NCBI RefSeq assembly: GCF_006345805.1
Contig: NC_043001.1
Coordinates: forward strand, 5,394,001-5,458,000
DNA: 64,000 bases
Reading direction: 5' to 3'
Source: Octopus sinensis
Taxonomy: Eukaryota
Shown: positions 13,441-25,519 of the stretch, in pieces
Position numbering within the stretch: position 1 is the stretch's first letter
How the letters are laid out: every line of letters begins with the position of its first letter
Translations under genes and position numbers: made by a program
Notes under the pieces: model-generated
What the model saw: only the letters and a program-made list of their open reading frames with translations
What the model was told of the DNA's origin: nothing
Databases searched by the model: none

Positions 13441-13563
13441 ACTATTCTACTTCTAAGTACCGTTATCTATCTCTCTTGATTCATCGCCATATTCCGATAT
13501 ATATATATATATATATATATATAGATATATATATATATAGATATATATATATATATTACATAT

Positions 13564-13632
<69 letters not shown>

Positions 13633-13634
<2 letters not shown>

Positions 13635-14040
13635 CGCAGGAGTGGCTGTGTGGTAAGTAGCTTGCTAACCAACCACATGGTTCCGGGTTCAGTCCCACTG
13701 CGTGGCTTCTTGGGCAAGTGTCTTCTGCTATAGCCCCGGGCCGCCCAATGCCTTGTGAGTGGATTTGGTAGACGGAACCTGAAAGAAGCCTGTCGTATAT
13801 ATGTATATATATATAAGTGTGTGTGCATATGTTTGTGTGTCTGTGTTTGTCCCCCTAGCATTGCTTGACAACCGATGCTGGTGTGTTTACGTCCCCGTCA
13901 CATAGTGGTTTGGCAAAAGAGACCGATAGAATAAGTACTGGGCTTACAAAAAATAAGTCCCGGTGTTGATTTGCTCGACTAAAGGCGGTGCTCCAGCATG
14001 GCCGCAGTCAAATGACTGAAACAAGTAAAAGAGTAAAAGA

Positions 14041-14041
<1 letters not shown>
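13633..14041 (+). mobile_element. SINE family B, full length, between (TA)n tracts
   Basis: A-box-like TGGCTGTGTGGT, B-box GGTTCAGTCCC, CORE-like cttgggcaagt, internal TA/TG tract, tail ending (gtaaaaga)x2. Confidence 0.92.
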
Positions 14042-14100
<59 letters not shown>

Positions 14101-14719
14101 ATGTATGCGAATGTACCTATGAAAGGAAGGTAATCTTGCTAACCGTTACACCACCTACGCAGGTATGTTTTTCTTCCCTTCAGTTAACAACGAAGTAATT
14201 CCTGTCTTAACCGCATTTGGCTGATTCTATCATTGTATCGACACACAATCTGCAAACTCGTTCCCCTTGTTACTATTTCTGCATCTCCCTTCTACTTATA
14301 AAAACAGAAAGTCTTACAATTTGTCTGCTATGAGGACAATATCAAATTCTATAACAATGGTAAGCAAAAAATAGTTCTATTGTTGCAGCTCTGGTCTCCC
14401 TTTTAAATATTCTCGTCCTTTTTCCCTTCTTCGTCATAATAATGTATTATTAACACAATCACTTACACCGCATTCTATAAAGCTGTACTTGCTTGTAAAA
14501 TACTTCAAAATAAAATATCTTAACACCTTCCAATCAGTCTTATAACAATCCGTTATTATTCTAAGCTTCTTATTTATCTTCTAATGTTTATATTCACTTG
14601 TCTAATTCTCGTTTCATTTCACTAACAAATATATTTCATCGTTGCCCGGAAGCTTTTGGACAAATATCTGACCGAATATTCTTACTGCTTCTGCATCTGT
14701 TATGTCTGTCTCATTGCAA

Positions 14720-15120
14720 GGCAGCGAGCTGGCAGAAACGTTAGCGTGCCGAGGGAAATGTTTAGCCGTATTTCGTCTGACGTTACGTTCCGAGTTCAAA
14801 TTGCGCCCAGGTCGACTTCCCCTTTCATCCTTTCGGGGTCGATTAAATAAGTACCAGTTACGCACTGGGGTCGATGTAATGGACTTAATCCGTTTGTCTG
14901 TCCTTGTTTGTACTCTCTGTGTTTAGCTCCTTGTGGGTAGTAAAGAAATTGAAATAGGTATTTCGTCTGTCGTCGCGTTCTGAGTTCAAATTCCGACGAG
15001 GTTCACTTAACCTTTCATCTTTCCGGGGTCGATAAGTTAAGTACCAGTTGCGTACTGGGTTCGATCTAATCGACTGTCCCCTCCCTCAAACCTTCGGGTC
15101 TTTTGCCTAGAGTGGAAAAA
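14720..15120 (+). mobile_element. SINE family A dimer
   Basis: Same two-part architecture as 8908-9300; the second monomer starts at 14956 (aggtatttcgtctg). Confidence 0.9.
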
Positions 15121-15377
15121 TATACCCAGGAAATACTTTTGATTACAGGTTGGCGACTTTACTTTTCAATCAGTCATCTTTCATTGCTTTTAGTCGCAAA
15201 GATATTGAATATAGGGAAATAAGTACAAATAGAACATATCTCCCGAATAATTTTGTACCTACTGTACAAAGATTAAACATGAAAAGGAAAAATATATCAT
15301 AAGTTTCTGGGCTTTGTAATTTCATTTCGATATTTCGGTGACAATTATTTTGCATTTGGCAAAATAAAAATATTCTT

Positions 15378-16530
15378 TACATTTAATGTTTTCGACAAAA
15401 TGATGAAAAAGCCTAGCATCATAGCATCATCATTTTCTAATATCTATAAAATCATCAAAAGATTGTTTATTTTTTATGTTTTTTTGATTTATTATTAGTG
15501 TTGCTTAATATATTTTGCTAAAATTGCTGTTTCTCTTCAAATATCATCAGAAAAATGTAATTGAAATTTATTAAATTGATAGATCCATCGGACTTTCAAA
15601 GAGGTCAAATTGTTAGTGCTCGTATGGCAAGTGCTAGCGTCATGGAAACAGCCGAAATACTTGGTGTATCAAGAAGTACTGTCTCGAATGTAATGTCAGC
15701 ATTTGAGAAAAAGGGAAATACCTCCGCGTTGAAACAAAACTCCGGAATAAAACCAAAACATTCAGATAGAGACCGTCGGACTCTTACGCGAGTGCTGTAA
15801 TCAGAAAACCAATACTGTCAAAAACAAACGTTGCAAAGCGTTTAGAGTGGAGTAAAACCCTACGGAATTGGTCCCTAGAGCAGTGTAAGAATGTTATATT
15901 CTCGGGCGAGTCATCCTTTACCTTATTTCCGACCACCAGCCGAGTAAACGTGTGCAGACATCCAAAAGAATCAGTTGACCCAGACTGCCTTCTTCCAACT
16001 GTTAAACATAGAGGAGAATCTGTGATTATCTAGGAGGGGGAGCTCTGTCTTGGAAATCCACTGGTCCAATGGTTTCTCTTTATTGTGGAATTAATAGTGA
16101 AGACTATTTAAGCATTTTATCTGATCAAATTCATCATATGTTTACGGAGGGAAATGCAATCTTTCGGGATGATAATGCACCATTTCACACAGCTAAACTT
16201 GCTACTGAATGGTACGAGGAAAATTCTAGTGAAGTTGAACAGCTTAGCTACCCACCACAGTTCTCAGATCTCAATATTAATGAACATTTATGGTGCATTT
16301 TAGAAAAATAATTAAGGAGTCAATATCCTCCATCATTCTCACTACAATAATTGGAGACTGTTTTAGCTGAAGAATGGAGAAAAGTTCCTTTTGAAACAAC
16401 TCAAACTTTGTACGAGTCTATACCACACAGCCTTCAAGCTCTAATCACTGCCAAAAGCAGTCCTACTCCATATTAAAATAACTTTGTTTGAAATTTTAAG
16501 GTGTTTCTATTATTTTGTCCAACCCATGTA
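15378..16530 (+). mobile_element. Tc1-like transposon, DD36E (Incomer-like), decayed with an internal deletion
   Basis: HTH SDFQRGQIVSARMASASVMETAEILGVSRSTVS; VIFSGESSFTLF; FRDDNAPFH...DLNINE with 36 residues between D and E; 3' TIR ggtgtttctattattttgtccaacccatgta and a degenerate 5' TIR near 15378-15412. Confidence 0.88.
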
Positions 16531-16792
16531 TGGGTTAAATGTTTCCACTTTACTTCGTTTTCCAAAGATAATATTTTTGTCCTCATTATGGATTAATTAC
16601 TGCCTACGTGTCTGCGTGGGCAGACTTTGCAGAAAAATGTAACAACATATCCGATTTGCTTAGTAAATTTAAGAGTAATTCATGAGGAATGGAACTTATT
16701 GATGTAAACTATGTACATAATGACTGTAGTTAGGAAATGCATTAAAAACATTGAGAGAAAGTTTGTCGGAACGGAAGAAAGGAACAACAAAT

Positions 16793-17983
16793 ATGGGGTT
16801 GTCTCACATGAAATGTCGTAGTTTTAATGGATTTCCTATGAGTCATCTATAAATGGAGTTTTAATGAGTTTCTATGTATATGCTTGTGTTTACTCTTAAC
16901 TCTTTTTTTCTTTCTGGACAATACTATTATTCAGAATTGCTACCCACAATTTCTATTACATTGTTGACAACTGAACAATGGCGAGTCGTGTTCTTGTACG
17001 ACTACAGGTTGGGTTACTCTACAACCGAAGCTCTAGGAAATATAAAGCGGGCTTTTGGTAACGATTCTGTTGACATGACAAAAGGGAGAACAAAATCGCT
17101 TCTTCTGCATGACGAATTGAATGCTTTGGTTAAACGAAATCCGAGAAGAACGTTCCGAAAAATTGGATGAGAGCTCCAGAAATCTCCTGCAACTTCTTCT
17201 GGACACTTGAGGAGAATGTGAAAAGTCAAAAAGATGGATAGCTTTATTCCCCATCGGCTCAATGAGATTCAAAGTAACAAACGCCTAACAGTGTGTTCCA
17301 TGTTGATTTCTCTGTTGGAAAGAGAATCATTTTTGTATCGACTCATTATGTATGATGAGAAATGGATACTCTTTGATAACAGCAGGAGGACAGGGCAGTG
17401 GTTAGATGCAGGAGAGTCAGCAAAGCACTACCCAGAACAGCCGTTGCACTCTAAAATGTTGATGGTCACCGTATGGTGGTCAACAAAGGGGCTTATTCAT
17501 TATTCAGTTTTGAAAGAAGGAAAAACTGTAACATTAATATCCTTTTGTCAGGAAATTGATTGTCTGCATGAAAAATTAAAAAAAGAAGCAACGCAGATTA
17601 GTGAATAGAGATAATCCAATTTTGCTCCATGATAATTCACAGACTTAAGCTACGGTCCACATGTTGCAAAGCCGGAATTATGAAATTTTGATACATCCTC
17701 CTTATTCTCCCGATATTTCTCCTTCTAATTATCACATATTTATACACTTAGAGTTGTTATAAACAATAAAGCATTCTTAAATAATGAAGAGGAAATTAAA
17801 GCATGTCAGTGTAAAAGATGACAAATTCTCTGAAGATGGAATATATGCCATAGAGGAACATTCAATGAAGGCCATAAATAAGCAAAGATCACACTTTGAT
17901 TAAATAAATACATAATCTAAAACTTAAAAAACAATTTTAATGTTTCCCTTTTCAAATGCGACATTTCCTCTGAGACAATTTAA
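16793..17983 (+). mobile_element. Mariner (DD34D-type) transposon relic bounded by TIRs
   Basis: FLYDYRLGYSTTEALGNIKRAFG, FIPHRL, YDEKWILFDN, MVTVWWSTKGLIHY, LLHDN, HPPYSPDISPSNYHIF; TIR cores ttgtctcacatgaaatgtcg (16799-16818) and cgacatttcctctgagacaa (17959-17978). Confidence 0.9.
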
Positions 17984-18769
17984 CAGTTTTCGGGCAAGAG
18001 CGTGGCATGTATGTGCCTGTTTGTGCAATGTGTGAAGACGTTCTTGTGTGGTTCCTATTTTTCAAGTTTGGTTTAATTGAGAGTAAATTGGGAGTTCGTT
18101 TCTGCACGTTATAACACAAGAGGCTATGATCTGTCGACAGTATCATATTTGAATTCATATATGAAAACTGAACTCACAAAACAAATTACTTAGAATGTCA
18201 TGCAAAGTGATGTACAGGAGAGGGGGCTGCTGTGGACTCACAGCAGTTATAGCGATATAAATATTAGGGCACACATGAAATTTCCAATCACAATATATCA
18301 AGCGTCATTTTCTGTGTTCTATTCTGAACGTCCTATCAATATCCTTGTATATACACAACGCATGCCTCATTTATTACTAAAGTGGTCTATATTAGTTCTT
18401 ACCCCGGAAAATGGCCATTTGAAGATAAATAATTTCAGACTATTTAAAACAATTATTTCTTAATTGAAATAGGCGTCTTTCTATTTGTACATCTGCAATT
18501 TCAAATTAAAATAACTAACTCAGTCGCATGTTGTGAGGGTGCCCTTAAATCTATTGCAATATGCGTCATTACAAGATGAAACCTTATGAAATTTCGACAT
18601 ATCTCCAAAATATTTCTTTAAGAATCGTTAGATTTGTCACTGTTACTTTTTATTTCCGCAGTCCACTTGTTCGTGAAAAAGAATTTTTTAGCAATGTACT
18701 GCGTCTTCTACCCGTTGTTTGTGAGATTAAACACACACACAGACAACACACACACACATACGTATGTGT

Positions 18770-18790
18770 ATATATATATATATATGTATA

Positions 18791-18844
<54 letters not shown>

Positions 18845-19257
18845 CATATATATACACACATACATATATATATATATATAATATATATATATATATCTAT
18901 ATATATATTATATATATATATATATATGTATATCTATATACATATGCGTGCATATATTTAAAAATACAAGCATACATATACGTAGGTAGAAAATGTAGTT
19001 ATGTATGTATGTAGTGTGCATGTACGTGTGCATCTGCGTATGTGTGTGTCTGCGTGCATACTTAGAAAGACATTTATACATAACAAGCACATATGCACTC
19101 ACATAAACACATCCTCGTCGAAACCTACTGTTGTGTGATTACGTTAGTCGTGAATGCATACGTGTTATTACACACATCTTTGTCTCTCTCAGTCTCTCTC
19201 ACTCTTTCTCCCTTTTTGTGTATATATATATATATATATATTATATATATTATATAC

Positions 19258-19298
<41 letters not shown>

Positions 19299-19514
19299 CA
19301 TACATACATATATATGTGTATGTATATAGACATATATATATATATCTATATATATATATACATACATAATTATATATACATATATATACACAGACAGACA
19401 GAGAAGTAGAGAGTTTGATAGATAGATAGTTATACAAACAATTACATACGTGTAACCGCGTGTGTAAATTTAGCTATCTATCTCTTTATATTATAATATA
19501 TGTGTATATATATA

Positions 19515-19556
<42 letters not shown>

Positions 19557-19670
19557 GCACACACACACACATACACACTCACACACACACACACATATAT
19601 ATAAACGTATATTATATATAATATTATATATATATATATATAATATATATTATATATATATATATATATA
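18770..19670. repeat. Cluster of compound (TA)/(CA)/(TG) microsatellites
   Basis: Directly visible; source of the YI-repeat ORFs. Confidence 0.95.
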
Positions 19671-19899
19671 AAGTTGTGTGTACAGATGTATATGTGTGCA
19701 TGTGAGTATGTCTAGCCATACAGAGGAATCATTAACGAATTAATATCTAATATTTTATTGGCATTTTGCTACGGTTTTACAAAAGCGGAATAATTAAATT
19801 TGGCAAAGTGTCCTAGCAATTGCTGTGAGGTAGATATTTTTCAGCCGGTGCCAAATATGACTGATTTCCTCACACACGATTTGTAAGTCAGTTAATACA

Positions 19900-20060
19900 A
19901 TCACCACAACCACCACCATCAACACCACTGCAAACAACAACAACAGCAACAACATCAACACCACACGCCTATTGATGACAAACGCCGACATCATTAGCAT
20001 TGCAACCACAAACATAAACATCTTCATGAATTTCTACAGCTCATTCATGAATATCATCGT
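19900..20060. repeat. CAC/CAA/CAT triplet low-complexity tract
   Basis: caccacaaccaccaccatcaacacc...caacaacaacagcaacaacatc. Confidence 0.85.
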
Positions 20061-20563
20061 GTTTATAATTTTCGTAATAATTGACCTCACCTACACCATA
20101 CGTTCCAAATACAGCACTCTCATCCTTATAATTGTCAAAATCTCAGATTGGCATCCGCTGCGAAGAAGGTACTTCACTAATGTCAATGTACATCACAGTT
20201 CAAGACCCTCATTTTGTTAGGAAATGTTTTGGCATAAATAGAGTACTTTAAAGGCGTGAATTTTTAGTCTGCGCATACACACGCACACATACTTGGACGT
20301 TCATTCACATACAAATACATATCTCTCTCACACACACCCTCTCTCTTTCTCTTTTTCCTCTCTCTCTCTCTATATATATATCTATATATGTAAATATATA
20401 TACATATGTATATATATATATAGGGAGAGAGAGATATAGATATATATATATATACATACATACACACATATACACAAATACACATAAGATATATATTTTT
20501 GTGTATGCATATGTATATATATATATTTATATATACATATATATATACATATACATATATGGG

Positions 20564-20594
<31 letters not shown>

Positions 20595-20699
20595 ATGTAT
20601 GTAAATATGTACTGTTATATATATGCATATGTATGTGTGTGTGTGTTTCTGCGTGTATCTCTGTGCTTCGGTGTGGGTAGCAACACATTAAAGGAAGTC

Positions 20700-20885
20700 A
20701 CATGTCTCAGCGATTTGGGCAGTTGGCTCACAATCGTAAGGTCATGATATCGATTCCCAGTGACGCACTGTGATCTTGAGCAACATGCGTCAATGTACGT
20801 TGTTCCACACACTCACCTAGCAAGAACGAGCAACACCTTTATTTCAAAGGGACAGCATTGCCAAACCATGTGACACTGGGAGCTA
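20700..20885 (+). mobile_element. SINE family C 5' part (tRNA-like head, CORE-like segment)
   Basis: ggctcacaatcgtaaggtcatgatatcgattcccag head, tgtgatcttgagcaa, and ttcaaagggacagcattg, which is shared with the minus copy near 40950. Confidence 0.6.
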
Positions 20886-21244
20886 CATCATAATTTCACT
20901 AGTACTCTAGGAGCTGTGATGAGCAGCTCCTACCTGTATGTCACCACTCAGCAAACCATTGTCTTCAACGATTGCTATTGATTTCCCTCTGCCTATTCGT
21001 TTCCTGACTTTGCTTAAGTGTGGTCACGGATATAGCCACTTGCTAGTTAATCCGGATTAAATTGACCACTTATCGTCTTAAACGGCGGAATACCGGAGGT
21101 AAATTGATATACAAATAACGTTGCATGTTCTTTAGTTGATTTTTGTTTCATCTTGGTCTTTGTTGAAAAGACAAATGTTCTTGAACACATTCAACCGAAA
21201 ATGTACCAACGTACGAAGATGCCTGTCCTATCGCTAACCACTAA

Positions 21245-21370
21245 ATCTTTTTCTGTTTTCTCTCCCTGTTTATTTCAGTGTTCCTTTCTGTTGAGTGTTA
21301 AACTAATACATCTCTTTGTTGTTTACACACCCGTCTTCGTGTTTTGCTTTTCTGTAAATTCTCACTATAT
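21245..21370 (+). mobile_element. Penelope pLTR-like short repeat with hammerhead region deleted
   Basis: Aligns with 58615-58750 and 61170-61335 on both sides of a ~40-nt gap. Confidence 0.7.
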
Positions 21371-21421
21371 ATATACATTTACATATACACATATATATAT
21401 ATATATGTGTGTTTGTGTGTG

Positions 21422-21460
<39 letters not shown>

Positions 21461-21699
21461 TGTGTTGTGTGTGTGTTGTGTATAAAATATCATATCAGGC
21501 GTTTGTAGTGAGTTAGAAAACAGAATGATCGAATGGATACAAATTAATTTATTAATTAATCAACACACACACAAATATATAAATTACAAATCTGGTAATC
21601 AATGGATTCCAGTAAGCAATTACTAAACGTTAATTAGATTAATTACCGACCACGGCGTTTGTTGCCCGTCTCATACTTTAAATTTCTGGATTGTATGAA

Positions 21700-21886
21700 A
21701 GCGAGAATTGCAGAAGCCATTTTAAGTACGTGTCTTTACACTCTGAGTTCAAATTCCTCCGAGGTTGACTTTGTCTTTCATCAATTTGGGAACGATAAAT
21801 TGAGTACCGGCTGTGTACTGGGGTCGATCTAATCGACTGGCCCCCTCCCCAAAACTTCCTGACCTTGTGCCTAGAGAAGAAAAAAT
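21700..21886 (+). mobile_element. SINE family A monomer (tail 2), degenerate head
   Basis: ctgagttcaaattcctccgaggttgac...gggtcgatctaatcgactggccccctcccc...gtgcctagag. Confidence 0.85.
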
Positions 21887-22334
21887 ATATGGATAGAGTG
21901 AATAAGCTCACATCTCCTATGTGAAATGGTTATGAAAATGTTTCGGAAATTTCATTTGGCACAAATATATGAATATATAAATATGATGTATCAATATCTA
22001 TTTGATTTCAACCAAAATCTAACCTTAGCTATGATATAATTTCATACTTTCTCCTTTAAAATGTGTCTTGATTACCTTAATTTCGGTCTCACAATTTCAA
22101 GGAAAATATAATTCTTCATATATTTTTTTTTTATTTTTCGTTTTTCGTTGGTCAATTATTTTCGTGACATTCTGAACTTTCAAATAATCTCAATGTAGAT
22201 ATTTACATAGCACAAACATTATTGAAACTGACGTTTGTATTTAGTGTTATTAGTATTTGAGGACAGTTGTTCATATTTATTAATTAATTTTGCTATGATT
22301 TCTACTGGCGCGTGCGGATATATAGTGTGTGTAG

Positions 22335-22335
<1 letters not shown>

Positions 22336-22386
<51 letters not shown>

Positions 22387-22433
22387 GTATAAGTAAAATA
22401 TATATATATATGTATGTATATATATGTATATAT

Positions 22434-22476
<43 letters not shown>

Positions 22477-22550
22477 GTATGTATTTATATATGTATTCAT
22501 ACATACATACATACATTCATATATGTATATATATATATATATACACATAT

Positions 22551-22599
<49 letters not shown>

Positions 22600-22600
22600 T

Positions 22601-22664
<64 letters not shown>

Positions 22665-22682
22665 ATATATATGTATGTATGT
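22336..22682. repeat. Long compound (TA)n microsatellite
   Basis: Directly visible. Confidence 0.95.
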
Positions 22683-22689
22683 ATAGATT

Positions 22690-23160
22690 CTGGGGTGAAT
22701 AGACTGTTGTCTAAATTACACTTAAGTGAAAAAAACACAGACATCTCATTCTAAAAGATATATTTAACTTAATTATCTAAACATATATTGAAATACAAGT
22801 GAGTTAAACTATTCAATAAAAATCGTCATTGGCTCCAGCTTCCGACTATTTACTTGGTGAATGCTAACATAATCCTTCCCTGCAGTTCATCTTTGGTGAG
22901 CACTACCTTCTTTAGGCACTTGATGTAGGACTCCCTGTTCAGTCTCAACCGTAATCCAAACACCGTGATGTTGACTAGAGCTTTGATTTCTATTATTACT
23001 CTCGGTACACGTCTTGCGGGACACGGCAACCCTTCGGTAGTCCAGTGTGTTCGTGTGTTTGTATTGGGGCTTGTGGCCCGAATGCCAAGCGATACAGTAT
23101 GTTGTTTCAAAATCGCTGGCAGTGTGAAATGGCGTTATGGTGCATTTTTTCTCATACACG
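22690..23160 (-). mobile_element. maT/DD37D-like Tc1/mariner relic with large internal deletions
   Basis: PRVIIEIKALVNITVFG-LRLNRESYIKCLKKVVL joined directly to TKDELQGRIMLAFT; the region holding the second and third catalytic residues is missing. Confidence 0.65.
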
Positions 23161-23302
23161 ATACATAACTTACCCTACAAAACTGTGTAGACGACATAGT
23201 CAAAAGCAAACAAGCGCATGCGCGAAATTAAAACTATAAATTGGCGACAGCTTATTCATTGTCCACTGTATATATATATTATATATATGTATATATATAT
23301 AT

Positions 23303-23351
<49 letters not shown>

Positions 23352-23769
23352 ATGTATGTATATACATATGTATGTATATATATGTATATATATATATACA
23401 TACATATAAATGTATATATATGTATATATATATACGTATGTATGTGTGTATGTATGTATGTATGTATTTATATGTATCCTTGTCAAATTTGTAAACAATA
23501 TTTTTCTTCGAAAAATTGTTACTGATTCTATTTACGAATTTTGGCGTAGATTTCTCGTTGCAGCTCACTGAATACTGTTAAGGTGAGCGAACTGCCAATA
23601 TTGGAATAATAGTTTAAACGTTTTTAACGCTTCTTATCCTGTGTTACAATTTCTATATACTAATTTTATTTATCAAACTTCTAGCTGTTTTATAGTTGTG
23701 TACAGAAGAATGTTTTAGATCGGTTTATTTTTTGATGTTGGGAATTATGGTTCTCCATATATACAGACT

Positions 23770-24052
23770 GCCGATTTCAGAACAAATTTGCGGCCATGCA
23801 AGGTCACCACCGCTTTGCTACACTGTTATTATTGTGAGCCTACTCAGATAAGTGGCATTTGGTTAATAAGGGTGTGTCATATCACTCTTCTCAATTGCGC
23901 CTTCTGCTGCGAGGTAGGTTCAGTTGCGACTCTCGACTGGAATAGATCCTGATTTAGTTTGAAAACACGTACATACCCTTTGTGTCCTGTGGCTCTTTGG
24001 GTGAATATTAAAAACTGTGGGCAATTGAAACACAGGCTGTTGCAGTAACTAG
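23770..24052 (-). mobile_element. CR1-clade LINE 3' end, 5'-truncated
   Basis: Minus strand ctgcaacagcctgtgtttc...gaacctacctcgc...ggtggtgaccttgcatggccgc aligns with 33325-33585. Confidence 0.7.
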
Positions 24053-24140
24053 ATGTTTGATTTCTATCACTCTCGTTACATGTCATATGGTACACGGCAA
24101 CACTTCGGTAATCCAATGCGTTCGTGTGTTTGTATTGAGG
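24053..24140 (-). mobile_element. Short maT-like fragment
   Basis: Aligns with 22985-23070 (same transposase segment). Confidence 0.6.
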
Positions 24141-24390
24141 TTTACATTTGACGGATATTTGTGCTCATATTGTTTGTTAACGCAACGTTTCAGAGATATG
24201 CCCTCCAGCCTTCACCAGGTCTCTTGGGGAAATAATAATAATAATAATAATAATGATAATAATAACAATAATAATGATAATAATAATAATAATTATTATT
24301 ATTATTATTAAACAGGTGACCAGCTAGAATCGAACGCGGAATATTGGGGTTAGTAACCCGCGCTCTTAACCACTATGTCATATCCCCGTG
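24141..24390 (-). mobile_element. tRNA-headed short element with (AAT)n/(ATT)n spacer and a degenerate hammerhead-like motif
   Basis: A-box TGACATAGTGG (24370-24380), B-box CGTTCGATTCT (24326-24336); CTGGTGA-A-GGCTG...GAAACGTT at 24218-24184. Confidence 0.6.
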
Positions 24391-24424
24391 AGGTGATGAA
24401 TTTTAGAGGGTATATAATTTTCAC

Positions 24425-24525
24425 ACAAATTTTTTTACCCAAAACTTTTTCGAAAATTTTCACCAAAAATTTTTCGAAAATTTTCACCCAAAATTTTACC
24501 CAAAAATTTTTCGAAAATTTTAACC
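24425..24525. repeat. Degenerate ~25-bp tandem repeat with palindromic core
   Basis: About three copies of (c/a)aaa(a/c)tttttcgaaaatttt(c/a)acc, plus a shorter partial unit. Confidence 0.75.
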
Positions 24526-25032
24526 GAACTTGAGGGAATGGTCACCTTAGATTCTAACATGGTCCCTCGTATATGGATTCTAATGTCGCAGGTGCCCACT
24601 TGCCATCGGGCAAGCAGACATGCTGGTGTAGGGTATTTTATTTTATTAATGATGGTAATTAATTAGTTTATATATAAGTTGTGTTGTTTTATTTGTTGTA
24701 TCAAGCACAATTGTTGCTGCAGCCTTGGCTAATAGAAAGTTTCTTTATGCCGATTTCAAGTTAGACGACCGTGCTTTTTAAAAATCTAAGGCCTGTTCGT
24801 GTCTTGAATTTATTAATGTGTTTTGATGTAATTATTTGTTAAAACTCATTTACGCATACTAATTAGCTCCCAATTCATAGAATATCTATTGTTTTGTTTT
24901 TAATTAACCAAATTAATTAATCAAATTTAGTATAATATAATTTTTTCTAGATGTACAAATTTTCATACTCTTTATTATTACCGATATATATGTATGTATA
25001 TATATAATATATATATATCTATATATATATAT

Positions 25033-25124
<92 letters not shown>
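25033..25124. repeat. (GATA)n microsatellite
   Basis: Directly visible. Confidence 0.97.
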
Positions 25125-25125
<1 letters not shown>

Positions 25126-25131
25126 AATATA

Positions 25132-25282
25132 GGCCCTGGAGTGGCTGTGTGGTAAGTAGCTTGCTTACCAACTACATGATTTCGGATTCAGTCTCACTGG
25201 GCAAGTGCCTTCTACTATAGCTTCGGTCCGAACGAAATCTTGTGCATATATTTGGCAGACCGAAACTGAAAGGAGCCCATCG

Positions 25283-25325
<43 letters not shown>

Positions 25326-25495
25326 ATGTGTGTATTTGTCTGTGCCCCACCCCATCGCTTAACAACCGATATTGGGGTTTTTACGATACCGCAACTTCGC
25401 TGTTCGGTAAAGGAGACCGATAAGATAAGTACTGGACTTACAAAGAGTAAATCCTGGGGTCGATTTCTTTGACGAAATGGCTGCAGCTAAATGAG
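25132..25495 (+). mobile_element. SINE family B, diverged
   Basis: ggagtggctgtgtggtaagtagcttgc head through ataagtactggacttacaaag...ggggtcgattt. Confidence 0.88.
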
Positions 25496-25519
25496 TATAT
25501 TTAATGAGCATTCATTTTT

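Noticed and set aside
17829-17860. CTGAAGA-TGG...CCA hammerhead-like start (similar at about 1823)
   Set aside because: No GAAA after stem II and no stem I.
18561-23568. Many 60-130 aa ORFs rich in YI, HT, CV (also at 13.4, 31-32, 34.5, 43, 45-46, 48-49, 55.9 and 59 kb)
   Set aside because: They are translations of (TA)n/(CA)n/(GATA)n tracts, which lack stop codons.
24312-24390. Possible true tRNA gene
   Set aside because: The A and B boxes are present, but I could not pair an acceptor stem or a clean cloverleaf, so it is treated as a SINE-like head.
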